Below, piece after piece: positions 1 through 10,226 of a DNA stretch of 64,000 bases (position 1 is its first letter; the number at the start of each line of letters is the position of its first letter). Position numbers and translations under genes: made by a program. This DNA is from Scyliorhinus canicula. Its lineage: Eukaryota. The notes below the pieces were generated by a model. The model did no database searches. It was not told the origin of the DNA and saw nothing but the letters and a program-made list of their open reading frames with translations. The DNA lies in the NCBI RefSeq assembly GCF_902713615.1, contig NC_052167.1, forward strand, positions 22,682,690 through 22,746,689. Reading direction: 5' to 3'.

Positions 1-1425
1 GAGAGGGGGGGGGGGGAACCAGGAGAGGGGGCGGGAGGGGGAGGGGGAAACCAGGAGAGGGGGGGGGGGGGAGGAACCAGGAGAGGGGGGGGGGGGAGAA
101 CAGGAGAGGGGGGGGGAGAAACCAGGCGAGGGGGGGGGGGAAACCAGGAGAGGGGGGGGGAAACCAGGAGAGGGGGGGGGGGAGGAAACCAGGAGAGGGG
201 GGGGGGAAACCAGGAGAGGGGGGGGGGGAAACCAGGAGAGGGGGGGGGGGAAACCAGGAGAGGGGGGGGGGGGAAACCAGGAGAGGGGGGGGGGAGGAAA
301 CCAGGAGAGGGGGGGGGGGGAACCCAGGAGAGGGGGGGGAACCAGGGTGGGGGGGGGGGGGGGAAAACAGGGGTTGGGGGGGGGGGGAAACCAGGGGTTG
401 GGGGGGGGAAACCAGGGGTGGGGGGGGGGGGGGAACCAGGGGTTGGGGGGGGGGGAACCAGGGGTTGGGGGGGGGAAACCAGGGGTGGGGGGGGGGAGGA
501 AACCAGGGGTGGGGGGGGAAGAAACCCAGGGGTGGGGGGGGGGTGGGAAGAAACCAGGGGTGGGGGGGGTGGGAAGAAACCAGGGGTTGGGGGGGGGGGG
601 GAAAGAAACCAGGGGGGGGGGGGGGAAGAAACCAGGGGTGGGGGGGGGGGGAAGAAACCAGGGGTGGGGGGGGGGGGACCCAGGGGTGGGGGGGGGGGGG
701 AACCAGGGGTGGGGGGGGGGGGGGAACCAGGGGGTGGGGGGGGGGGAGAACAGGGGTGGGGGGGGGGGGGGGGGAAACCAGGGGTGGGGGGGGGGGGGAA
801 ACCAGGGGTGGGGGGGAAACCAGGGGTGGGGGGGGGGGGGGAAACCAGTGGGTGGGGGGGGGGGGAGAAACCAGGGGGGGGGGGGGGGGGGGAGAAACCA
901 GGGGGGGGGGGAGGAAACCAGGGGTGGGGGGGTGGGGTATAAACAGGGGTGGGGGGGGAGGAAACCAGGGGTGGGGGGGGGGAGAAACCAGGGGTGGGAG
1001 AAACCAGGGGTGGGGGGGAAACCAGGGGTGGGGGGGGGGGGGAAACCAGGGGTGGGGGGGGGGGGGAAACCAGGGGTAGGGGGGGGGGGGAAACCAGGGG
1101 TAGGGGGGGGAAACCAGGGGTAGGGGGGGGGGAAACCAGGGGTAGGGGGGGGGGGGGAAACCAGGGGTAGGGGGGGGGGGGGGGGAAACCAGGGGTAGGG
1201 GGGGGGAAACCAGGGGTAGGGGAGGGGGGAACCAGGGGTGGGGGGGGGGGGGGGACCAGGGGTAGGGGAGGGGGGAAACCAGGGGTAGGGGGGGGGGAAA
1301 CCAGGGGTGGGGGGGGGAAACCAGGGGTGGGGGGGGGGGGGGAACCCGGGGTAGGGGGGGGGAAACCAGGGGTAGGGGGGGAAACCAGGGGTAGGGTGGG
1401 GGGGGGAAACCAGGGGTGGGGGGGG
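1..1425. repeat. G-rich minisatellite, about 20-23 bp units AAACCAGGAGAG(G)n then AAACCAGGGGT(G)n
   Basis: Directly visible. Confidence 0.95.
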
Positions 1426-2410
1426 TCAGCCAGGAGGATTGGGGAGGGGGGGGTCAGCCAGGAAAGGGGGGGGGGGGGTCAGCCAGGAAAGGGGGGGGGG
1501 GGGGTCAGCCAGGAGAGGGGGGGGGGGGGTCAGCCAGGAGAGGGGGGGGGTCAGCCAGGAGAGGGGGGGGGTGGGGGGGGTCAGCCAGGAGAGGGGGGGG
1601 GGGTCAGCCAGGAGAGGGGGGGGGGGGTCAGCCAGGAGAGGGGGGGGGGGTCAGCCAGGAGAGGGGGGGGGGGGGTCAGAACGAGGGGGGGGTCAGAACG
1701 AGGGGGGGGGGTCAGAACGAGGGGGGGGGCGGGGGGGCGCAGACCGAGGGGGGGGGGTGGGGGGGCGCAGACCGGGTGGGGGGGCGCAGACCGGGGGGGG
1801 GGGGGGTGGGGGGGGCGCAGACCGGGGGGGGGGGGGGGGGGTGGGGGGGCGCAGACCGGGGGGGGGGGGGCGCAGACCGAGGGGGGGGGGGGGGGTGGGG
1901 GGGGCGCAGACCGAGGGGGGGGGTGGGGGGGCGCAGACCGAGGGGGGGGGGGGCGCAGACCGAGGGGGGGGGGGGGTGGGGGGGCGCAGACCGAGGGGGG
2001 GGGTGCAGACGAGGGGGGGAGGTGGGGGGCGCAGACCGAGGGGGGGAGGTGGGGGGGCGCAGGACCGAGGGGGGGGGGTGGGGGGGCGCAGACCGAGGGG
2101 GGGGGTGGGGGGGCGCAGACCGAGGGGGGGGGGTGGGGGGGCGCAGACCGAGGGGGGGGGGGCGCAGACCGAGGGGGGGGGGGCGCAGACCGAGGGGGGG
2201 GGGGGTGGGGGGGGCGCAGACCGAGGGGGGGGGGGGGGGGGGGGGGCGCAGACCAAGGGGGGGGGGTGGGGGGGGCGCAGACCGAGGGGGGGGTGGGGGG
2301 GGCGCAGACCGAGGGGGGGGGTGGGGGGGCGCAGGACCGAGGGGGGGGGGTTGTGGGGGGGCGCAGACCGAGGGGGAGGGGAGGGGGGGCGCAGACCGAG
2401 GGGGAGGGGG
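1426..2410. repeat. G-rich minisatellite, units TCAGCCAGGAGAG(G)n, TCAGAACGAG(G)n and CGCAGACCGAG(G)n
   Basis: Directly visible. Confidence 0.95.
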
Positions 2411-5400
2411 GATGCAGACTGAGGGGAGGGGGGGTGCAGACTGAGGGGAGGGGGGGTGCAGACTGAGGGGAGGGGTTGCAGGACTGAGGGGAGGGGGGGT
2501 GCAGACTGAGGGAGGGGGGTGCAGACTGAGGGGAGGGGGGTGCAGACTGAGGGGAGGGGGGGTGCAGACTGAGGGGAGGGGGGTGCAGACTGAGGGGAGG
2601 GGGGGTGCAGACTGAGGGGAGGGGGGGTGCAGACTGAGGGGAGGGGGGGTGCAGACTGAGGGGAGGGGGGGTGCAGACTGAGGGGAGGGGGGTGCAGACT
2701 GAGGGGAGGGGGGGTGCAGACTGAGGGGAGGGGGGGTGCAGACTGAGGGGAGGGGGGGTGCAGACTGAGGGGAGGGGGGGTGCAGACTGAGGGGAGGGGG
2801 GGTGCAGACTGAGGGGAGGGGGGGTGCAGACTGAGGGGAGGGGGGTGCAGACTGAGGGGAGGGGGTGCAGACAGGGGAGGGGGGTGCAGACAGGGGAGGG
2901 GGGGTGCAGACTGAGGGGAGGGGGGGTGCAGACTGAGGGGTGGGGGGGTGCAGACTGAGGGGGGTTGGGGGGGTGCAGACTGAGGGGGTTGGGGGGGTGC
3001 AGACTGAGGGGATTGGGGGGTGCAGACTGAGGGGTGGGGGGTGCAGACTGAGGGGGGGGGGGTGCAGACTGAGGGGGGGGGGGTGCAGACTGAGGGGAGG
3101 GGGGTGCAGACTGAGGGGAGGGGGGTGCAGACTGAGGGGAGGGGGGGTGCAGACTGAGGGGAGGGGGGGTGCAGACTGAGGGGAGGGGGGGTGCAGACTG
3201 AGGGGAGGGGGGGTGCAGACTGAGGGGAGGGGGGTGCAGACTGAGGGGAGGGGGGGTGCAGACTGAGGGGAGGGGGGGTGCAGACTGAGGGGAGGGGGGG
3301 TGCAGACTGAGGGGAGGGGGGGTGCAGACTGAGGGGAGGGGGGGTGCAGACTGAGGGGAGGGGGGGTGCAGACTGAGGGGAGGGGGGGTGCAGACTGAGG
3401 GGAGGGGGGGTGCAGACTGAGGGGAGGGGGGGTGCAGACTGAGGGGAGGGGGGGTGCAGACTGAGGGGAGGGGGGGTGCAGACTGAGGGGAGGGGGGGTG
3501 CAGACTGAGGGGAGGGGGGGTGCAGACTGAGGGGAGGGGGGGTGCAGACTGAGGGGAGGGGGGGTGCAGACTGAGGGGAGGGGGGGTGCAGACTGAGGGG
3601 AGGGGGGGTGCAGACTGAGGGGAGGGGGGGTGCAGACTGAGGGGAGGGGGGGTGCAGACTGAGGGGAGGGGGGGTGCAGACTGAGGGGAGGGGGGGTGCA
3701 GACTGAGGGGAGGGGGGGTGCAGACTGAGGGGAGGGGGGTGCAGACTGGGGGGAGGGGGGGTGCAGACTGAGGGGAGGGGGGTGCAGACTGAGGGGGGGG
3801 GGGGTGCAGACTGAGGGGAGGGGGGTGCAGACTGAGGGGAGGGGGGGTGCAGACTGAGGGGAGGGGGGGTGCAGACTGAGGGGAGGGGGGGTGCAGACTG
3901 AGGGGAGGGGGGGTGCAGACTGAGGGGTGGGGGGGTGCAGACTGAGGGGGGTTGGGGGGGTGCAGACTGAGGGTTGGTGGGGTGCAGACTGAGGGGTGTC
4001 GGGGGTGCAGACTGAGGGGGGTGCAGACTGAGGGGGGGGGTGCAGACTGAGGGGGGGGTGCAGACTGAGGGGGGGGTGCAGACTGAGGGGGGGGGTGCAG
4101 ACTGAGGGGGGGTGCAGACTGAGGGGGGTTGGGGGGGTGCAGACTGAGGGGGGGGGGGTGCAGACTGAGGGGGGGTGCAGACTGAGGGGGGGGGGGGGTG
4201 CAGACTGAGGGGAGGGGGGGTGCAGACTGAGGGGAGGGGGGTGCAGACTGAGGGGGGGGGGGGTGCAGACTGAGGGAGGGGGGGGTGCAGACTGAGGGGA
4301 GGGGGGTGCAGACTGAGGGGAGGGGGGTGCAGACTGAGGGGAGGGGGGGTGCAGACTGAGGGGAGGGGGGGTGCAGACTGAGGGGAGGGGGGGTGCAGAC
4401 TGAGGGGAGGGGGGGTGCAGACTGAGGGGGGGGGTGCAGACTGAGGGGAGGGGGGTGCAGACTGAGGGGGGGGGGGTGCAGACTGAGGGGTGAGGGGGGT
4501 GCAGACTGAGGGGAGGGGGGGGGTGCAGACTGAGGGGAGGGGGGGGTGCAGACTGAGGGGAGGGGGGGGGTGCAGACTGAGGGGAGGGGGGGTGCAGACT
4601 GAGGGGGGGGGGGGTGCAGACTGAGGGGGGGGGGGGGTGCAGACTGAGGGGGGGGGGGGGTGCAGACTGAGGGGGGGGGGGGGGTGCAGACTGAGGGGAG
4701 GGGGGGGTGCAGACTGAGGGGATTGGGGGGTGCAGACTGAGGGGAGGGGGGGTGTGCAGACTGAGGGGAGGGGGGTGTGCAGACTGGGGGGAGGGGGGGT
4801 GCAGACTGAGGGGAGGGGGGGTGCAGACTGAGGGGAGGGGGGGTGCAGACTGAGGGGAGGGGGGGTGCAGACTGAGGGGAGGGGGGGTGCAGACTGAGGG
4901 GAGGGGGGGTGCAGACTGAGGGGAGGGGGGGTGCAGACTGAGGGGAGGGGGGGTGCAGACTGAGGGGAGGGGGGGGTGCAGACTGAGGGGGGGGGGGGGT
5001 GCAGACTGAGGGGAGGGGGGTGCAGACTGAGGGGAGGGGGGTGCAGACTGAGGGGAGGGGGGGTGCAGACTGAGGGGAGGGGGGGTGCAGACTGAGGGGA
5101 GGGGGGGTGCAGACTGAGGGGAGGGGGGGTGCAGACTGAGGGGAGGGGGGGTGCAGACTGAGGGGAGGGGGGGTGCAGACTGAGGGGAGGGGGGTGCAGA
5201 CTGAGGGGAGGGGGGGTGCAGACTGAGGGGAGGGGGGGTGCAGACTGAGGGGAGGGGGGGTGCAGACTGAGGGGAGGGGGGGTGCAGACTGAGGGGAGGG
5301 GGGGTGCAGACTGAGGGGAGGGGGGGTGCAGACTGAGGGGAGGGGGGGTGCAGACTGAGGGGAGGGGGGGTGCAGACTGAGGGGAGGGGGGGGTGCAGAC

Positions 5401-5830
5401 TGAGGGGAGGGGGGGGTGCAGACTGAGGGGAGGGGGGGTGCAGACTGAGGGGGGGGGGGTGCAGACTGAGGGGAGGGGGGGTGCAGACTGAGGGGGGGGG
5501 TGCAGACTGAGGGAGGGGGGGTGCAGACTGAGGGGAGGGGGGGTGCAGACTGAGGGGAGGGGGGGTGCAGACTGAGGGGAGGGGGGGTGCAGACTGAGGG
5601 GAGGGGGGGTGCAGACTGAGGGGAGGGGGGGTGCAGACTGAGGGGAGGGGGGGTGCAGGCTGAGGGGAGGGGGGGTGCAGACTGAGGGGAGGGGGGGTGT
5701 AGACTGAGGGGAGGGGGGGGTGCAGACTGAGGGGAGGGGGGGGTGCAGACTGAGGGGAGGGGGGGTGCAGACTGAGGGGAGGGGGGGGTGCAGACTGACA
5801 CATGGGGGGGTGCAGACTGACACATGGGGG
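2411..5830. repeat. G-rich minisatellite, about 22 bp GTGCAGACTGAGGGGAGGGGGG, roughly 150 copies
   Basis: Directly visible. Confidence 0.97.
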
Positions 5831-5834
5831 GGGG

Positions 5835-6340
5835 TAACTCACTCCAGCCGCCCTCCCGGTGCCTGAAGCACCAGCCCGGGCCTTGGAGCTCCAGGCCCTG
5901 CCCACCCACAGACCGACCCACCCACCCACCGGCTGGCTGGCTGGCTGGCAGGCCTCCTCTCCAGGCCCACTCCCCACCAACCCGGCGGCCGCTTGCTTAC
6001 CGTCAGAGGACGCTGCCCGCCTGCAATCGGCCTCCCGCCCCGGGCGGACACCGCGATCTCTTCCTCGCCCGCACTCAGGCCAGAGACGTGGCAACTGCGC
6101 CGGCGCCAACTCTGCGCCCCGCCCCCCTCTGCACCTCCATGACCAGCGGGCGGGGTGGTTGCCGCCCTCTTTGTAAAGGCGAAACAAGTCGGCGCGCTGC
6201 CGCCAGACCCGACATCTTGGTAAAGGTTAGGCGGGTCGGTGCCATCTCGCCAGACCCGACATCTTGGTAAAGGTTAGGCGGGTCGGGTCGTTCAATCTGG
6301 ACCCGCCATCTTTGTAAAGGTGAGGCGGCCCAATGGGTGG
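5835..6340 (-). promoter_or_regulatory. CpG island; probable promoter and non-coding first exon of a minus-strand gene (sec31b expected by synteny)
   Basis: CpG rich; donors ACG|GTAAGC (exon end 6001) and GGA|GTGAGT (exon end 5843); YY1 motif CCGCCATCTT 6303-6312; CCAAT 6330. Gene identity is inferred only. Confidence 0.55.
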
Positions 6341-6459
6341 AAGGGAAGGATGCTTGCTGTCTGCAGTAGAAAGCCTAAAAAGTGCATTCCCAAAGGCCTG
6401 ATGTGGGATGAAAGACTGAGTTATAGGATGGTCCTGTCATGATGTGCAGACATGCACAT

Positions 6460-6794
6460 AATAGAACATAGAACAGTACAGGCCCTTCGGCCCTCAATGT
6501 TGTGCCGAGCCATGATCACCCTACTCAAACCCACGTATCCACCCTTTACCCGTAACCCAACAACCCCCCCCCTTAACCTTACTTATTAGGACACTACGGG
6601 CAATTTAGCATGGCCAATCCACCTAACCCGCACATCTCTGGACTGTGGGAGGAAACCGGAGCACCCGGAGGAAACCCACGCACACAGGGGGAGGACGTGC
6701 AGAGTCCACACAGACAGTGACCCAGCCGGGAATCGAACCTGGGACCCTGGAGCTGTGAAGCATTTATGCTAACCACCATGCTACCCTGCTGCCC
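6460..6794 (-). mobile_element. tRNA-derived V-SINE (HE1-like), CR1 tail type B
   Basis: A/B-box head, V-domain, tail cacaacat.gagggccgaagggcc...ttctatgttctat. Confidence 0.9.
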
Positions 6795-7064
6795 CCTGCT
6801 GAGATATAAACAGGCAGCTAATGAACACAGAGAACAGGACATAACCAATCAGCAGGCAGAACACTTTTTAAAAAGAAATTTAGTACCCAATTCATTTTTT
6901 CTCCAATTAAGGGGCAATTTAGCATGTTTTATCCATCCACCTATTGAATCACACTCCTGACTTGTGCCTTGTTGATAATGGACAGGCATTGGGGAGTCAA
7001 GAGATGAGTTACTCCCCACCAAATTCCCAGCCTCTGACCTACTCCTGTAGACACCGTATTTATA

Positions 7065-7950
7065 TGACTGGTCCCAGTTGCAGCTCCTGTTAGACCGCTT
7101 GACGGCTCTGGAGCTGCGGATGGACTCACTTTGGAGCATCCGCAATGCTGAGGATGTCGTGGATAGCACGTTTAGGGAATTGGTCACAACACAGGTGAAA
7201 ATTACTGAGGGAGATAGAAAATGGGTGACCAAAAGACAGAGCAAGAGTAGGAAGGCAGTGCAGATGTCCCCTGCGGTCATCTCCCTGCAAAACAGATATA
7301 CCGCTTTGGATACTGTTGAGGGAGATGGCTCACTCGGGGAAAGCAGCAGCAGCCAGGTTCATGGCATGGTGAATAGCCAGCTGTCATGGTGCACTTGGGA
7401 ACCAAACGGGATGAGGTCCTGCAAGCTGAATTCAGGGAGTTAAACTAAAAAGTAGGACCTCAAAGGTAGTAATCTCAGGATTGCTACCAGTGCCATGAGC
7501 TAGTCAGTGTAGGAATGTCAGGATAGATAGGATGAATGCGTGGCTTGAGAGATGGTGCAAGAAGGAGGGATTCAAATTCCAGGGGCATTGGAACCGGTTC
7601 TGGGGGAGGTGGGACCAGTACAAACGGGACGGTCTGCACGTGGGCAAGACTGGAACCGATGTCCTGGGGGGGGGGGGGGGGGGGGTGTTTGCTTGAGCTG
7701 TTGAGGAGGGTTCAAACTAACGTGGCAGGGGGATGGGATCCGATGTAGGAAGTCAGGGGGGAAGTAAAACGGGGCCGGAAACAAAAAGGAGTAAGGGGGA
7801 AGGCAGAGAAGCCATAGTCAAAAATCAAAAAGGGCCACAGTACAGGGTATAGTGACTGAGGAGAGTGTCAAAAGGGAGGTTGCCAATGCAGAATTGAGGG
7901 TGTTGTACCTAAATGCGCGCAGTATACGGAACAAGGTAAATGAGCTTGTA
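7065..7950 (+). mobile_element. CR1 LINE 5' part: ORF1 esterase-like remnant and start of ORF2 endonuclease
   Basis: LQNRYTAL, VVISGLLPVP, DGLH motifs; LRVLYLNARSIRNK. Confidence 0.8.
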
Positions 7951-8512
7951 AATTAGTTGTTTCTGCTCCACCTTCTCCAACCTCCTCACCCACTGTATAA
8001 TCCATCACATTTCTACCCCTCTTCAGTTCTGAACAAGAGTCACACGGACTCAAAACGTTAACTCTGTTTCTCTCTCCTCAGACGCTGACAGTCCTGCTGC
8101 GTTTTTACAGCATTTTCTGTTTTTTATTTCAGAATTCCAGCATCTGCAGTATTTTGCTCTTATTTGCGAACTTAGTGTTTTTTGTAACGCAACCAGATTT
8201 CTTGAATTATATTTCACAGAATCAAAGAACCTCTATATTGCAGAAGGAGGCCATTCGGCCTATCAAGTCTGCACCGATCCTCCGAAAGAGCGCCCGAGCT
8301 GACCATGGGAGGAAACCGGAGCACCCGGAGGAAAGCCACACAGACTCCGCACAGAATGAGGAGGGTTCAAACTAACAAGGCCAGAATTGAATCCGGGTCT
8401 CTGGTATTTCCGCTGGGAAATTAAAATTTGGTGCATTTAATGGTCGACGTTGACAGCTAGGATTACCACTCAAAGCTGTTGGAAAAACAGTTTGAGCAAT
8501 CTGCTTAGTTCT

Positions 8513-8837
8513 TAGAACACAGAACATACAGTGTAGAAGGAGGCCGTGCGGCCCATCGAGTCTGCACCGACCCTCTTAAGCCCTCATTTCCACCCTATCC
8601 CTGTAACCCAATAACCCCTCCTAACTTTTGGTCACTAAGGGCAATATATCATGGCCAATCCACCTAACCTGCACGTCTTTGGACTGTGGGAGGAAACCGG
8701 AGCACCTGGAGAAAACCCACGCAGACACGGGGAGAACGTGCAGACTCTGCACAGGCAATGACCAAGCCGGGAATCGAACCTGGGACACTGGTGCTGTGAA
8801 GCCACGGTGCTAATCACTTGTGCTACCGTGCTGCCCA
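8513..8837 (-). mobile_element. V-SINE, CR1-like tail type A
   Basis: Head, V-domain and gactcgatgggccg..cctccttct tail. Further copies at about 9436, 9897, 11364, 27700, 28519, 33662, 36165, 40730, 45470, 54327, 55350, 60315, 61540 and 63085. Confidence 0.9.
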
Positions 8838-10054
8838 CAGTTCTGTAAAATGTTGTTTCTGTGCTTGGTGCTTTTTGACTACATGAAAGGTGCTATATAG
8901 ATCCAAGTTGTTGTTGGTTCTCAAAGGCATTGGTCACACCGGACGAGTCAACAAGACATTTCGTTGGGTGCAGTTTGCAGCTCAAGGGTGTAAGAGGATG
9001 AAGATTCAGAACTATGCTGCTCAAGTAGCAGATGAGCAGAGTTTTGTGCAACCATGTGACACTGTCTCAGAAGCTCCTTGCTTTCCTCACGCAGACAGAT
9101 GCCACAGACATACCCCAGGGCCAAAGAACTGACCAACTGTTATACATGTATGGTACTATATTGCGATGTGCACCATGAGCGAGATGATTAATTCAGCAGA
9201 TATGGGACTACCACCATGGTGCAAACATACAACCCAAACATTGCAAAATCGAGTGCTGCATCAGGTTTTGTGGGAAGTTTGAGAAGGAACCAGCACTACA
9301 ATTGATGAGAATGAAAACATTCGTCTGTGGAAGGGTTCAAGGAATCTAACAAAACCTTCCCGATGGTCGGATAAGACCATAGCCTTTGAATAAGACGCTG
9401 CAACTATATTTAACTCTGGGATATCACTCGGAAATCATAGATCATAGAATTTACGGTGCAGAAGGAGGCCATTCGGCCCATCGAGTCTGCACCGGCTCTT
9501 GGAAAGAGCAGACTACCCAAGGTCAACACCTTCCCCTATCCCAATAACCCAGTAACCCCACCCAACACTAAGGGCAATTTTGTACACTAAGGGCAATTTA
9601 TCATGGCCAATCCACCTAACCTGCACATCTTTGGACTGTGGGAGGAAACCGGAGCACCCGGAGAAAACCCACGCACACACGGGGAGGATGTGCAGACTCC
9701 GCACATGATTTAGACAAAGCGGGAAATACTGTTAGAAATGGATTAAGGACAATATTAAACAACATGAATGACATGGATCAGAACGAATTGGAGGATCATC
9801 CGATGATGACCGTTCATTTGCAAGAAGTGGTGGAGGAATCGAAAAGGCACGCTCATCACATCAATAAAGTTCTAAGGGGATAAAAATGTTTTTGATGTAG
9901 AATTACTAGTGCAAAACGAGGCCATGCGGCCCATCAAATCTGCACCAACCCTCTGAAAGTGCACTCTACTTCGGCCCATGCCCTCACCCAATAACCCCAC
10001 CTAACCTGTGGGACGTCTAACAACACTAGGTTAAAGTCCAACAGGTTTGTTTTG

Positions 10055-10095
10055 AATCACTAGCTTTCGGAGCACTGCTCCTTCCTCAGGTGAAT
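10055..10095 (-). ncRNA. Minimal type I hammerhead ribozyme
   Basis: ucac-CUGAGGA-a-GGAGC agu GCUCC-GAAA-gcUA^guga: intact core, stem II, stem I and NUH triplet. Confidence 0.75.
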
Positions 10096-10185
10096 GAAGA
10101 GGTGGGTTCCAGAAACATACATATATAGACAAAGTCAATGATGCAAGACGATACTTTAAACCCACTTTCTAGAACCCACCTCTTC

Positions 10186-10226
10186 ATTCACCTGAGGAAG
10201 GAGCCGTGCTCCGAAAGCTGGTGATC
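10186..10226 (+). ncRNA. Minimal hammerhead ribozyme, probably inactive (CUG at cleavage site)
   Basis: CTGAGGA-aggagccgtgctcc-GAAA-gctg-gtga. Confidence 0.6.

Noticed and set aside
347-6187. Very long Gly-rich and Pro-rich ORFs (up to 1491 aa, extensin/collagen-like)
   Set aside because: Open in several frames on both strands because the G-rich repeat units lack stops; variable G-run lengths shift frame constantly
6160-6325. Repeat-spacer pattern resembling a CRISPR array
   Set aside because: Vertebrate DNA, repeat only about 11-16 bp, spacers related to one another, no cas genes
8628-8838. Recurrent small ORFs such as DCGRKPEHPEETHADTGR and GHCLCGVCTFSP
   Set aside because: Translations of the V-SINE core, not genes
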